Positions 30,689 to 47,278 of a DNA stretch of 64,000 nt are shown here, in pieces. The stretch lies in assembly GCA_964016885.1 (NCBI GenBank), contig OZ024743.1, positions 8,308,001-8,372,000 of the forward strand. Reading direction: 5' to 3'. Source of the DNA: Eledone cirrhosa. Taxonomy: Eukaryota. The number at the start of each line of letters is the position of its first letter. Position 1 is the first letter of the stretch. A model generated the notes under the pieces. That model saw only the letters and a program-made list of their open reading frames with translations, did no database searches and had not been told where the DNA came from. A program made the position numbers and the translations under genes.

Positions 30689-31359
30689 TATATATATATA
30701 TAATTTTTTTTAAATGATGCTCTGTGCCCTTTCCTAATGGGTTAATATATCGAGCTTCTTCGCATTTGATAAGAAACTGGTATTATACCCAATTTATGCA
30801 TCTTCTATACATACATAAATATATATATACATATATATAAATATATATGTGTATATATATATATATATACATTCATTTATTATAGCTATTGGTGATCTTT
30901 GCTACTCTAAAGTTTCACCTGCGCACTCACAGGATCACCAGTCTTCTCTGGAAGAGTAATCAGGTGAGACTCCAGAGTAACAAGGCTTAGCCATAGTAAA
31001 TGAAGATTTAAACTCTACTTCGGTATTGAGTTTTCATTCTTACGTCCGTCAATAATTCACATACTCGCGGGAGTTGAATTATCGTCCCCACCCTTGCTTA
31101 TTAATTTGTCAGATTTCCCCATCCCAGTTTTTATTCCATCCCTCCCCAACAAGCTTATTAATTTTTTTATATTGATACAGCAGCTGGAGAACCTAATAAT
31201 AATTTTATTTTACATTTAAAAAAAATACATTAAATATGACAAAAGAAGAACATTACAAGAAATCCCATATTTACGAACGTACACAATTACTGATTTCCCA
31301 AGCCCCCGCCCCAAATTATTTCACCCTTCCTAATATTTGGGATCCGAGAGTGCCACCAA

Positions 31360-31850
31360 CCTCACCTTCTCTCTATGTCTATCTCACAAAACTCTCTTTT
31401 AACCCCCCCTCTCTGTATCTACTAAAACCAAACTCTACCCCTCTCTATATCTACCACGACACCGCCTCTCTTATCCCACTCTCTATATTTAAAACTAATA
31501 CACTCTCTCATTCTCTATAAATATCTACACATATTTCTCCCAATCCCACCTCCGTGTATCAATCACTCCTAAACTCTCACCCTCTCCATATCTACTACAC
31601 GGCACTCTCCCATTATCCCTCTCTATATATCTACATCCACAAAATTCTCCCCTTTCTATATCTACTACGCGGTGCTCCCCCCCCCCCCTCTATATCAATT
31701 AACACCAAACTCTCCCCCGCTCTATATCTACTTCACGGAACTCTCTTCTAATAACCCTCTCTATATCAATTATCACCAAACTCTCCCCCTCTCTCTATCT
31801 CCCACACGGAACTCTCTTCCAATCCTCCTCTCTATATCAATTACCACTTG
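31360..31850 (+). repeat. Pyrimidine-rich ~70-bp (2 x ~35) minisatellite; continues at 37530-37715; inverted copy at 42925-43610
   Basis: Recurrent ctctctatatc(t/a)a...accaaactctcccc units. Confidence 0.8.
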
Positions 31851-32166
31851 ATATAGACGTGATTTACTTTGCTCCGGATTTTTACGGATTGTTGTCAAAA
31901 AAAACTGTGAGTTTATTGATCAATTTAATAACATTGTTTGGTTTAGCCCCTTGCCTTGGCCGTCAGACGTTAAGTCAACAAATTTTCGCCCCTCTCTGGG
32001 GCGAAATTTTCAATTTTCATCTAAAAACTGTAGACTTGGTGGCAATGGATGCCATTTCCACCTCGCACACTGTCGTGAGTGCCACGCCCACTAAGAAAAG
32101 TGGTGGAGGGAAGGTAGGAGTACAAAGCTTGCAGCCCCCCCCCCCCCCCTCGTATCATCGAAAAAC

Positions 32167-33162
32167 GTGGAAAATATCGAAACCGCGAAACCAAACCCGG
32201 TAAATAATACCAGCACCAACAACAAGAACAATGACAACAACACCACAACCAACAACTGCAACAATAGCAACACCAATATTACCAACAGTGACAGTAACAC
32301 GAAAGACAACAACACCAAAACAACATTTGCACAGACCGTAAAAAAAAACGAACTATACACGCCAATAGACATAACAAATGCTAAACAACTATTACAAGAC
32401 GCAAAACAATTCGAGACTTTTGGCGAAAACGGTGCTTTTAGCATCAATTCTCCACAGGAATTACGTAGAGAGGCTGTCCTGAAAACTGTGGTTTTCAGGA
32501 CAATATCGAACGTAACAAGAAAACCAGCTCAATTATCACAAAATGAAATTGCGCTGGTTCTAAAAGACGCAATGAAGGACTTGACCTTCATACAAAAAGG
32601 TAAACTGTTTGGTAGCATTTCGGTGCTGATGAACAACCAGTCAACAGCTCAAAAGTACTCGATAGCACCCATTGTGTCCCCCCGCTTCACCTTTTACCCC
32701 ACATACAGGGGGAAAAGGACACAAAGAATAAAAATAATGAGTATCACACCAAATGTAAACATTTGGTGGATACTATGTGGAATAATAAACTTTGACGAAG
32801 ACAAGATAATTTCAATAGGAAAGTCCTCCGGAGGTGTATTTGGTGGGACCACCGTAGAAGTTCTGGTGCAAATGAGCCCAGAACGAATAGCGAATATCCC
32901 ACAACGCGTGCCTCTGGACGAGCTAACTTATATAAACATTTCAGTGGAGGGAAGGCGGCCGTCATGTTACCACTGCTTAAGCAGGGGTCACCTGAGGGCT
33001 GCCTGTCCTCAATTAACGAGTCAAAAAAAAAAAGGCTCTTCTGCCAACCCCGAACACAACAACACAACCACCACCACCACCACCACCACCACCACAACAA
33101 CAACAACAACACGGAAAAATAACAACAGAAAACACTGTTCCACCCAACCCCTCCCCACCTAA
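32167..33162 (+). pseudogene. Tx1-type ORF1 (gag-like, CCHC knuckle); frameshifted 3' part continues to ~33810
   Basis: CYHCLSRGHLRAAC; TFAQTVK motif. Confidence 0.8.
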
Positions 33163-33861
33163 AACAAATACAAAAGCAACCACAACAAAACCCCAAAATA
33201 TACCCCTCCCCAACAACACGGAAGAGGACTCCGTATCAACGTCACCCAGTGACGACGAGGGAGAACCCTTTCAACAGGTGAAAAGGAAAAAAAAAAGGCA
33301 CCACATTAACAAAAATGCCACAAACACACAACCACCAGCACAAACAGAACAAACAGAACAAATAAAAAAAACCACCCCTCCCCAAAACATAACACATACT
33401 ACAAAACGCAAACACCCACAAGAACAACAAACAAAAACAAACACAACACAACAAAAACTCTATACATACATTAACAAGAACAATAAAACGTTGATGAAAG
33501 CGATAGAAAATAACCCTTCGGTGGAAACCGAAGGGATCACTTTCACCTACGCAGCGAACAAACCGCACCTAATGATGATTAGGGTTCCAACGGAAACCTA
33601 TGTAACTTTGAAAAAGAACCATCCAATGCATGTGGGGACCAACTGCACCAAACCACATAACAGCGTCCTATTGAGATGTTTCCCCACACCACACCAAACA
33701 CCCTAATCCCACCACACACTGATGTCCTCACCCCACCACAAACCACCACCCCACCAAACAACCCTTCCAACACCCCCATGGAAATTGTTCAGCCTGGTCC
33801 CCAGGAGATGAAGAGGTAAGTAATTTCCTTTCCTCTTCCTTTTTACCTCTTCAGCACCAAC

Positions 33862-36800
33862 ATGGCCAATATAAGAGTTGGATGTGTGAATGCACGCGGC
33901 TTGGGGATGTCCTGAAAACAGGGCAAACTCTTAAATGACCTCAGGTCGCACAGAGTGGATGTAATGGTTATTTGCGAGTCCAGGATCAGCAGCAAGCGCC
34001 AACTGGCCCCCATCTTCGACGACTTTGAGATCTACGCATCTCTCTGTCAGCCGAGGGGTGGGGGTGGGGTTGCCGTTCTGCTGCAAAAATACCTGGGTCT
34101 TGCCACACAGAAGGTACACCTGGACCCGGAGGGTCGACTGGTGGTTTTAGACGTCGGCAGTGGTGAAGGTGGAGCTTTCAGGCTGGTGGCAGCGTATGCC
34201 CCATCGGGGACACCGCGACCGGACTTCTTCCGACACCTGGAGAATTTCCTGGGAACGTCTCGGTCCTTGCTTTTAGTGGGGGACTGGAATGGTATCCTGG
34301 ATGCACGTTGGGACTATGTAGGGGCATGTCCCGATAGAGGGGGTGTAACAGCCTCAAACGATTAATCGGCCGATTTGATCTGGCCGATAGATATCGACTG
34401 GATTTTCATACTGTGCCACGGTGGACGTGGAATAATCGCAGCGGAACATCCAGGTCGTACCTAGATAGGTTCCTAGTTAGAAATAAGGATAGGGACATAT
34501 TAAGCTGTCCACGAATGTTCATGGTTGACTATTCGGATCACAAGTTGTTGACCGGAGTGGTCAACCTTGATAGAACTCATAGACAGGGACCCGGTTACTG
34601 GAAGCTAAACTTGTCTTTACCGACAAACAAAGCTTACAGTAAGCGGATTAGCACACTAGTTAAGCAGCGTTTGACGGGGGCAATTGTAAACAACAGGTGG
34701 TGGGGCTTTCTCAAGAGAGAAATTAGAATAGAATCGATAGGTTTTAGTCGGGAATTACCATCAGATAGGAATAGAACTGAAAGGGAATTAACAAATAGAG
34801 TAGAAGAGGCGATTAAGAGTGGCAACGTGGCCGGCGTGCTGGCGTCAAGAACGGCCCTAGACCAGTTCTTTGATGCGAAGCACGAGGGCTGCGTTGTCAG
34901 GAGTAAAATACGTGCTCTGGGTAACGAGTGAGCCAAAGCTGTTAGCTGGGCCCGAGTGACAGAGGCAAAAAGTGGAAACATGTCCACGATTCGGTCTTTG
35001 AAGGACCAGGATGGACGCGTGATCCTTGAACCTGAGCGGATGAGCGCAGCCTTTCAACGGCGCTTTGCACGACTGTTCGGGAGGGGCGGCGGGCCGGGTG
35101 GGGCCATGGATTTCGGTCCATACCTCGATGGTCTGGCGCGGCTCTCGGACGGGGAGGCGAAGTCCTGCGAGAGGCCGATTTCAGCCGCTGAAATAGGGGA
35201 AGCGCTGAGCCAATGCGGCAAACGCAAATCTCCGGGTCTCGATGGTCTACCATACGAACTTTATGTAGCGATGCCAGGCTTGTTCTCCGGTCTCCTCGAG
35301 GCGGTCTACTGCAACTGGCAACAGAACGGGAGAATTCCCAGTTCTGTGACCAAGGGCGTAGTCACGCTGGTGAGGAAGGACGAGAACAAGGGGGATGACA
35401 TAGATAACTTCAGGCCCATAACTCTGCTAAACACAGAGTTAAAGATTTTGGCCAAAGTGTTAGCGAAGAGGTTGGCGCTTGTCGTCGGGAACCTGGTGGG
35501 AGAAGCGCAGACATGCGCAATCCCGTCTAGGTCCATACACGACAACCTCCACCTCATGCGATACATCGTAGAGAGGGTAGGGAACGAACCCGGCTTTGGT
35601 GGGGCCCTGATCAACTTGGATCAATCTAAAGCGTTCGATAGGGTTGACCATCGGTACCTGGATGCGGTGCTCGCGGCGGCACGCTTCGGACCCATTTTCA
35701 GGGGCTGGATTGCTGCAATGCACAGCAGCAACACCTGCTCGAGGGTCAAGGTGAACGGCTACCTCTCGGAGCCGTTCCAAATCACGCGATCTATTCGACA
35801 GGGATGCCCTCTCTCCTCCCTCCTGTATGTGCTGGCTCTCGAGCCACTACTGAGGAAGCTGGAGCTGTTGCAGGGCATCCCCTTGGAACCGGGATTGCGG
35901 AAAGCAGTGTCGGCCTACGCCGATGACGTGACAGTAATGGTGTCGTACGCCTCGGAAATCGGGCAGATCGGCACCTTACTGGAGGAATATGAAAGGTTCA
36001 CAGGAGCCAAGCTGAACCGGGACAAGTCCGTCGGTTTGCAACTCGGGACGTGGAGGGGCAAAACGATGCCCTCCGACGGCATCGTCGGACGCTGGACGGA
36101 GGGACCGGTGAAGCTGCTCGGGGTCTGGTTTGGACCGGACCTCCAGGTGGAGAAAAACTGGGACGAGGTAACGGGCAAGGTGTTTGCACTCGCCCAGAAG
36201 TGGGCCGAGTGCAAACTATCCCTGAAAGTTCGAGCGGAGGTGGCGAACGCTTATATAGCGCTACTACCGCTTGACCGTCGTGCCTTGCCCAGAGAAAACA
36301 CTCGCCAAAATGGAGCGCGCGCTCTTCCGATTTCTTTGGAAGAAGCGGGCTCCTTTGGTGAGAAGATCCATCTGCTGTCAACACCCTTCGAACGGAGGGC
36401 TAGGGATGCCGTGGCTGACGATGCGTAGACACGCATTAAGGCTACGGCACCTCCAGGTATTCCTCACCGGTCAGCCGGTGTGGGCCCTGTTTGTGAGGCG
36501 AGCCTTTCCGAGACTCGTCTCACTCACCGAGCTGCAATCCTGGGTCAAGCAAAGACCGAGAAAAGTGGGTGACTGGCACATTGAATGTGCTCAGGCGCTC
36601 ACGGCCCTCTGGCAAGCGGATCCGGCAATCAGTGGAGACTCAACCTCAACATTCTATAGAGGGTTAGTGCGCAGTAAGTGCGACGACGCTCTCGGAGAGG
36701 CTCTGGGCATGAAGGAAGACGAGCTGACCAGTCTGTTCGGTAGGACGTTTGGCCCGGGACCGATGGACAACTTCCAAAAGTCCCTGGCTTGGCAATGTTA

Positions 36801-37290
36801 CCGAGGAGCTCTACCCGTTCGGGACAAGCTCTACAGACACGGGCGCCCGGGTAGTGACCCCTCGAAGAAGATCTGTCCAAGATGCGTGCGTGACGAGGAA
36901 ACCGTCGCACACGCATTCGTACACTGCCCGGGCCTTGCTGACCTGTGGGGCTATGTAGAACGACTACTGTCGCGGGTGGGACCAATCCAGTTGACCACCG
37001 AGAACATTGTCACAATCAAACCGCCTCCCCCTTTCAAAAACGAAGGAGAGGCGGTTTTCCTCTGTGTGATAGCCATGGCGAAAGAAGTTGTATGGTGGAC
37101 AAGGTTGAAAGGGCTGAGGTCAGACACCTATCTCTCCGGCCAACAACTGGTTTTTTTTTTCAAGTACCTCTTTAGAAGAAGGATCAGAATGGAGAGAGAG
37201 GTGCTCTACCCCAGCAAGTTTTATGAAAGATGGGTGAAAGTAGCGAGAATGGCCCGAGTGAATGGGCCTTCTCTCTATATCAGCCTGTAG
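33862..37290 (+). pseudogene. Tx1-type ORF2 (APE-RT-CCHC), disrupted by stops and frameshifts
   Basis: VNARGL, GDWNG, SYLDR, SDHK, GYWKLN, KSPGLDGLP, NFRPITLLN, DQSKAFDRV, QGCPLS, AYADD, CPRC...HAFVHC. Confidence 0.92.
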
Positions 37291-37914
37291 GTGAGAGAGG
37301 AGAAGAATGAGAAGAGGAAGGGAGCACCCGCTCTTTGTGCTCCTGAAGAGGAGGGTTGCACATTTTTTCGGGGGGGTGTGCGACCCATGTCAACGCCCCT
37401 CCCTATTGAGGACATCGATTGTTAAATTTAATTTGTTATATGTTTTTTACACATCTTTTTAAATGTATGTAAACTCCCCCCTTTGTATTTGTCCCAATCT
37501 TTGATGCCCTGGTGGCAAATAAATAGAAATATATATCAATTAACACGAAACTCTCCCCCTCTGTATATCTACTACATGGAACTTTTCTCCAACCTCCCCC
37601 TCTCTATATCAATAAACATCAATCTCCCCCCCCCCTCCCTATTTCTAATATACAGCACACTCTCCCAACCCTCTCACTTTATCAATTACCACCAATCTAT
37701 CCCAGTCTCTATTTAGATTTTACATTGTGTATCGACCTGAAACGCTCGTAACAGGTAGATACACAATACAAAACGAAACTTCATCGTTTTTCCGTCGCTA
37801 ATTGTCTTTACCAAATTTTTATAAGCTATTTTATAACACCTGACTGTAATGCAGTTATTTTCTGCGCCCGAGCTTCCTACATTATCGTTTGTGTGTGTAT
37901 TTATATATATATAT

Positions 37915-38185
37915 ATATATGAAAGACGTAAAATAAGAAAATTTTAAAAATTAAAAATTAACTTACTTACTTACTCCAACTAATTAGTTTCTGTAAGGGA
38001 ATAAATATAGTTACGTAATATAACTATAGAGAAGTCCTTATGTCATCAGGGAGTCTATTCTCAGTTGGAATGAAAATTTTAGTAAGTAAGTTAATTTTAA
38101 ATTTTTTTAATTTTCTTATTTTACGTCTTTCATATAATTGTTCTGCATCCCCCTGCATAGAACCACAAAGGTACTAAGACATAAC
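37915..38185. mobile_element. Imperfect palindrome with a hammerhead (37973-38054, - strand) in the loop and a tail on the right copy
   Basis: actcc-CTGATGA-cataagg...ccttaca-GAAA-ctaattag-TT-ggagt. Confidence 0.8.
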
Positions 38186-38241
38186 ATATATATTTGCTAG
38201 CATGGGTATACATCTGTATACATATGTTGGTAGATATACTA

Positions 38242-38278
<37 letters not shown>

Positions 38279-38546
38279 GGAACACCCTAAATCAACACCT
38301 CAAGTCAGGGGAGGAGAGGTTGATGACTGCACCAGTGGACAGGAGAGCCCGCGAAAGGAGCGCAATAAAGCCAATCAGAGACTAGAGACCAATAAATCCA
38401 ACCAGACCAGAGACCATATACAGATGTACTCTATGTGACAGAGACTGTCACTCACGTATAGGTCTGTTTAGCACCGGTGATGCTGCTCCTGTCGAGCTGA
38501 CAACAGGATACTAGCCATGGTCACCCTTGAACGAAGGAGGCGTTAA

Positions 38547-38610
<64 letters not shown>

Positions 38611-38813
38611 AATGTGAGAAAAACCACAAACCCTCCATCTCAATTCTACTTTTGAAAAGCACAAGAACTGCGAAACCAGTAAAGGAGCCAAATAAATATA
38701 TATTTTTTAAAAAGACTCCAGTTGCATTTTCGATTTCATCTTTTTTCCTTATACTTTCACTCATGTAGGACACCGGTTCTTTTTTTCATTTTGTGAAAAA
38801 ATCTCAGTTTCTA

Positions 38814-40303
<1,490 letters not shown>

Positions 40304-41784
40304 AGGTATATTTTTATGTATATATACATATGTATGTGCGTGTTTGTGTGTATGCACACATACATACATGACAAGCCTCCGTACAATTTCCGTTTAATAA
40401 ATTTCACTCGCAAAGTATTTGTAAATCTAAAGCTATAGTAGAAGACACTTGTGTAATGTGCCGTGCCGCGGTATCGAAACCAGAAACCCCACAATTGCAA
40501 ACCGAACTTTTTAACTACATTGCCAAACCTGAACCTTCATAGCCAGATGGCCATTTCTTAAAGTGATTTCCTTTTTCATCTCCTTTCATTAATCTTCTCA
40601 TGTTTGCATTTGATTTTTATTATTTCTAATCAAATCGTCGCCCTTTCATCTCTTTCAACTTCGCCTATATAATAAAGTCAATTTTTGACATATTGGATTG
40701 CAAGTAAAGAAAAAAATTTTGCTGCTGTTAAAGATGAGAAATATAAACAAGCCATAGAGCTAAAGAGATGTAAGTTTTTGATCATCATTCACAGACAGGC
40801 TCAGCAGGAATTTGACTATAACGCCTACTCTAACTCGACTGGAGCCACTGTAAATGTTTCCTCTAGACGAGTTGAAAATATTTTAGAAACAGAGTTTCAA
40901 ATTCATTTGTTGATTTAAGATTTTTATACGTTTGTCAATCCTTTTTGACTTCTTTTATAAAGTCTCTGGTTTCTTTTTGTATTGAGGTTGGAGAGTGTAT
41001 GCAAAATTTATTTAAGACTAGCATAAAGATATAATTAAATAAGTGACGCATCTTATATAAAAGTAATTGTATGTATGTATGTATGTATGTATGTATGTAT
41101 GTATGTATGTATGTATGTATGTATGTATGTATGTATGTATGTATGTATGTTGCAAGTTGGAGGTACAGTTTTGCTCCTGGGTAATGAAATTTTACATAGG
41201 AGAACGATTTTTTGCGGAGATTTTCATTTTAACTCCAGACTGAAAAGACAACTATGAATGCCAACACTCAAGCACTACCATAGACGACGAAAATAGTTAC
41301 CTATTAGAAAAATAATTCATTTCGAGAAATTATGTAAATGAGCACAATGTTTTGAAGGGGAAAATATTGTTCGTGAAGATTGAAAAATAACACTTCATTT
41401 TAGATTCTATATTTATTTCTGTATTTATTTATTTGCAAACACAATTTTATGGAGCTCATCTTGAGCAATCTTCTGTATGGCTTATATAAATCAATATTCC
41501 CGGATAAACTAAAGATTACCAGCATATTTTTAAAGGAATTTATCTAAAATATAGTGAATTGGTCTGATAGGTATTAATAAAACCGAATGAGGCTTGGTAT
41601 GATTACTAGCATTAATATAAAAATGTTACAATCAACTTATGCTAATAAATTAGTTGATTTTATGTACAGTATATTACTGCTCTTTATGTTAACGATGAAA
41701 GGTAAATCACCTACGGAATGATTCGAACTCGGAATATAGATAAACTAGACTAAACAATGATTTCTGATATTGGCACAAAGGCTT

Positions 41785-42465
41785 AATCAGAATCTCCCGT
41801 AAGGTAGTCTTATTCACCGTATCAAAGACCTTTGTCAAATCAACAAAACATGATACAAATCCATTCTCTGTCCAATGCACTTCTACTGCCTCACAGAAAA
41901 GATCATGTCTGTTGTCCCTCTGCCACTTCCAAAGTCACTTTGTGACTGAGATAGAACATTGCCAATGATGTTATCAAACAGTCTATCCAGCATCATCTTA
42001 CACAAGGCTCTTCCCGAAACTGACAGGAGAGCTATCCCACGATAATTACCACAATTATTCTCTGCACCTTTTCCTTTTTAAAGCACCACCAATGTATCTT
42101 TCCAGTCTTGGGAAACGCTTTCTTCCTCCCAAACCTTACGTATCAGGTTTATAAAAATTCGAAGAATGTTTCGACTTCCACATTTCAATTTCAGCACCAT
42201 CCCTCGCAGGTGATTTTCCCTTATTGAGTTCTTTTACAGCCGCTTCCACTTCCTCCAAGGTAGGACTTTCTGCTAGTACATCATTTGCAGGCCAACTAGG
42301 AATTGAGTCAATACACTTCCGATTGACCTGAGAAGGCTTATTCAAAGGGTGGTTGAAGTGTTCCATCCAACGCAAGAGGATGCCCTTCAGGCCTCTAAAC
42401 AATTCGTTGCCATTTTGAGTTTTCAGAAATGCAATTGGAGAAGAATAAGGACCATAGACTTCTTG
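41785..42465 (-). pseudogene. RTE LINE fragment
   Basis: RWMEHF, PTLEEV, NYRGIALLS, TDMIFS, FVDLTK. Confidence 0.85.
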
Positions 42466-42468
42466 TAA

Positions 42469-42690
42469 TACAAGGTGTCAGAAAAGTATCAGGAATTAGT
42501 GTGCTGTGTGAGCTATGAGTGGAGTATGGATTAGCGGGTTGCGTCACCGTGTGACGTAATATCTGGGGAGTATATAAATGCGATCTCAGCTCTCTAGTAC
42601 GTTTTTTCCCGCAATTTTGTTTGCAGCTCCTCGATTTTAGGTCGTCAAGCGATGAGCACAGAGCAGCGAACCAACCTAAAGTTCCTGAAA
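42469..42690 (+). mobile_element. Mariner-like left end with transposase N-terminal stub
   Basis: ta-caaggtgtcagaaaagt; ATG at 42652 gives MSTEQRTNLKFL (cf. EQRxxIKF). Confidence 0.5.
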
Positions 42691-44417
42691 ATGACCCTCG
42701 TCAATAAATCTAGTTTGTGACAAAGTCACAACATCCATGTTATAACATTGAAGCTTATTCACCACAGTGCTGATCCTCTTTCAGGACGAGTCGATGTAGG
42801 TTCACGGTCTAACAATCCAGCAATCATTGACAGTATCGGTAGAGGGCTTAACACCATGCTTTGTAGCGTAGAGTTACGGCCCTTTACGGTCTGAGTTCAA
42901 ATCCCGGCTAGGTTAACTTTGCCTTGGTAGTGATGGATAGAGTGAGAGGGAATGTGAGAGACTATTGTATAGTAGATATAGAGAGGGGGATAGGTTGGTG
43001 GTAATTGATATAGAGAGAGGTGTTGGGAGAGTGTGTTGTATATTAGATATAGAGAGGGGGAGAGTTTGATGTTAATTGATATAGTGAGAGGGAGAGTTTG
43101 GTGTTAATTAATATAGAGAGAGGGATTGGAAGAGAGTTCCGTGTAGCAGATATAGAAAGGGTGAGAGTTTGGTAGTGATGGTTAGAGTGAGTGGGAATAA
43201 GAGAGAGTGTTGTATGGTAGATATAGAGAGGGGGATAGTTTGGTGGTAATTGATATATAAAGGGGGATTGGGAGAGAGTATCGTGTGGTACATATAGAGA
43301 GGTGTAGATTTCAATGCTTGTAGATATAATTAGGGGGTTGGGAGAGATAAATATTGCTAAATACAGAGAGGGGCATTGGGAGAGATAGTATCGTAAAATA
43401 TTTAGAGAGAGATTTTGTAATGGATAGAGAGAAAACGATTACGAGAGAGTGTGGTAGAGATGGCGAGGGGGAGAGTTTGGAGATGATTGATATAAAGAGG
43501 GGGGTTGGGAGAGTGTTTTGTATGTTAGATATAGAGAGGAGGACAATTTGGTGGTTGTGGATATAGAGAAAGGATAATGGGATGGAGCCGTGTAGTAGAC
43601 ATAAAGAGGGTCCCAAATAGTAAGATGGGTGAGAATAAGTGTGTGGGGGTGGGACCTTGGGAAATCGGTAATTGTACGTTCGTAAATATGGAATTTCTTG
43701 TAATGTTTTTTTTGTCGTATATAATTTTTTTTTTTAATGTAAAATAAAATAATTAGACCTGAGAATATATGAAAACTCAATACCAAAGTAAAGTTTAAAT
43801 ATTTATTTATTATGGCTAAGTGATGAACCTTGTTACTCTGTGTACTTACAGGGTCATCAAACAAGACTGGTGAACATGTGAGTGTGCAGGTGAAAAACTT
43901 TAGAGTAACACAGATCACCAATAGCCATAATAAATCAAGGTGTGTGTATATATATATATATGAATAAACTGGGTATAATACCAGTTTATTACCTCGATAT
44001 AACAACCCCTTAGGGTACAATCACCCATTTATTTGGATATGCGCTACAATTTATGTACATGTTATGTTTATCCCATATCGAAGTTTTCCGACCATTTTAG
44101 AGTGCAAAGAGCTAAACTAATCCCTACAACTAAATTGACCAAATTTGCACACACACACCCTTTCAGAAATGCTTCCACCACCCCTGATATCTACACACAA
44201 CATCTAAATATCTATATACTATTGGATAGCCGTTGACTCGCTTGAATTCCTTCGCTCTTTGACGGGTTTTGTTTTTCAGCCCCCGAGATGTCCAAAACTC
44301 ACCCTCCTTATCAAGCAAGCTTCGTGGTGTTTCCGGCTTTGTCACCGACGACCCGACCATGTGACTGGTTTTACTGGGCTACATGTTACCAGTAGGACTC
44401 AAGAGTGACCAAATTAA

Positions 44418-44735
44418 AGCACAACTGGCCTGATATTGTTGTTTGGGCCCACACATTGAAAACGTGCTCTGTTGTAGATATCAGCTGCCCACTTGATGTC
44501 AACGTTGTAAGAAAAATACAAGAAAAGGAAGACATCTACGGACCATAGATGAGGAGTTTGCAGATCCAGTATCCAAGATACACCTTCAGCTTCATACCCA
44601 TCATTATTGGAGCTACAGGTTATATACCAACGCGCTTGGACTAAAGTATGACTGAACCTGGATTTGTGGACAAAGAGCGCAGCTCCCTAATTCATAGACT
44701 ACAAATGGCTGCGATAGCTGGCACTTTCAAGGGAT
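44418..44735 (+). pseudogene. R4/Dong-like RLE domain fragment
   Basis: HNWPDIVVW...VVDISCPLD...EKEDIY...FIPIIIGATG. Confidence 0.75.
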
Positions 44736-44831
44736 GATAATTTCTTTGCTTTTACAACCTTGTCACCGGTAAGGTGGCCGGTCAAAAATGTACTCGAATT
44801 TAAGAGAAAGAGAAACATACATACATAAATC

Positions 44832-45602
44832 ATGCATGGATATGTTGCCAGGAAGCTCCAGAGTGAGAGTAATATAGATAAGGAAAGTAGTCTATCTTGG
44901 ACCAACAACCGCTATATTGGCTCCCACTTTGAAGGATACGCTTTTTCAATCCAAGAACAGGAGATTAGCACGAAATACCTGATTCACAAAAGAGATAGGG
45001 ATGCAGGCAAAACACCTAGATCTGATAACAAATGCAGACTCTGCAGAACTAACATCAGCAACTGCCCAAAGATGTCATCGCGGTACTATCTACCTATGAG
45101 GCATGATGTAGTGGCCAAAACACTGTACAATGCAGTTCGTAAAAAAGATAGCTCCGATAATAAACACATTAAAAGCTACAACAATGTGGAAGGCATCCAT
45201 GTACATAATATGAAAGAGTACTGGTGGAATGTTCCAGTAAAAACCCCAATAAAATGCAGGCATAACAGACCAGATATGATATGGGACAGGGAGAAGAAAA
45301 CATGCACAGTAGTGGAAATTAGTTGTCCAGCAGATGCCAATATAATATCAAAGATTAGTGAAAAGGAGAATATTTATGCAGAACTGATGAGAAATCTGCA
45401 GATACTCCATCCTGATTACACCTTCAGATTTATGCCTGTGGTTATTGGGGCACTGGGATATGTTAGTAACTGCCTCAATACAAATCTTGAGAAGCTAAGC
45501 TTCACAGGAACAGAAAGAACACAACTAGTTAGGAAACTACAAGTACAATCCATTAATGGAACAGTAAAAATATGTAAAACATTCCAAACATTTTGCATCT
45601 AA
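44832..45602 (+). pseudogene. R4/Dong-clade non-LTR 3' portion (degenerate CCHC + RHD + PD-E RLE); 3' UTR to ~45830, followed by (CATA)n
   Basis: QEQEISTK, CRLC, MRHDVVAK, NRPDMIWD, VVEISCP, PVVIGALG. Confidence 0.88.
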
Positions 45603-47278
45603 TAACTGCATATACACATGTACAGATACAAAGCATATACACATGCACACATACAACTCAAAACATCCACATCCACACATACAATAACATCCATATCTAC
45701 ACATGCATGCATACATACATATCTACCTAGTTGATGTTGTGTAAATTCCAATGAGAGAGTCTTGTGTCTATGTTAGAAACCGACTCTCTCTCTATTGGTG
45801 GTAAAACTTTGTGAAATTATAAAACCAGAACATACACACATACATACATACACACATACACACATACATACATACATACATACACACATACATACATACA
45901 TACATACATACATACATACATACATACATACATACATACATACATACATACATACATACATGGTGGATGCCAACTCGTTTTCGAGTACGGCCACTACTTT
46001 ATATCCATGTAGGAGAACCCTACCGATGCACTGAACGAGTGTGACTATTTAGTCCAGCCAGCGTATTGAAAACTCTGGCACAAACACTACACCTGTGACA
46101 ATACAAGTCGCCACATACATACATACATACATACATACATACATACATACATACATACATACATACATACATACATACATACATACATACATACATACAT
46201 ACATACACACATACATAGGTCTATGTATGTTTGTATGGCTGGATAGATGTAAACACTAATTTTTCCAAAGCTCATAAAAATATGAACTCTAACTGAATTG
46301 CGTAAAGGGACATAACTTTGACAGGTTATATCCCTTTAATTTTTGTCTTGTCAAATATTCTTTTTAATATATTTCAAAGCCCTCGATTTTGTTAATTTGG
46401 CCTAATTATCCACCCAACCGCTTCTACAATAACATCTTTGAAACGTTCCAGCTTATAATTCGCATCGCCTTTCCATTTTTTTATAAATATTTCCTCTTTT
46501 GTTCAATTAATGAATAATGAGGTTTGAAAAGAAAACCTTTTGATGGTTATTTTCATTGTATTTTTGAATTGAGGGAAGGAGAGAAAAGCAAATAGCGTGA
46601 AATAATTTAATTCCATGGATTGATATCTTATTTAGATATTAGGAGAACGACAGATGGTCACGTCGATAGAGGTATAGGTCTACAAGCAGTTCGCAAACCG
46701 TTAAAGCGTAAAGCTCAAATGACCCTGCCACCCTGATTGAAGGTTCTATGTGTAAGCATCATATACATGTATTGTATAAAGTCTTTGAACCAGGCATCAG
46801 ACTTTAAGGGTCGGTTCCATTGATATGTTGTATGAATATGATTAAATAAATGTACAGATGCATAATTTGCATATTATCAGTGCTTGTGTTAACTTTGCCT
46901 TTCATCTTTACGGGGTTGATAAAATAAAGCACCAGTAATGCACTGGGGTAATTGCTGGCTTTGTGCCAAAATAGAAACAATTATTAGTACTTATATTAGT
47001 GGTTAATTTTAATATATATAAAACTGTGCACTAAGCAACTAAAGTATAGGATTTATTTATATCTGTACATATAAAATAGCGAATTAACTGAGACTGCGTA
47101 AATGTGTATATAAATATATACATTGGGTGTATAGGCCTGTAAACATGTCAAATTTGTGTGTTTCTAGTATATTGAAGAAATGTTGAATATACTTAATGGA
47201 TTTGTTTACCAATGTTGTGGTCTCATCAGAGGATACCTACATCAATATATCGTTAAAAGCAAAGAAAGGAGTCGCACA

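Larger units (their letters stand above)
31858..37530 (+). mobile_element. Full-length L1/Tx1-type LINE inserted in the minisatellite
   Basis: Two-ORF structure; aataaa at 3' end; tatatcaatta(c/a)cac on both flanks. Confidence 0.9.
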
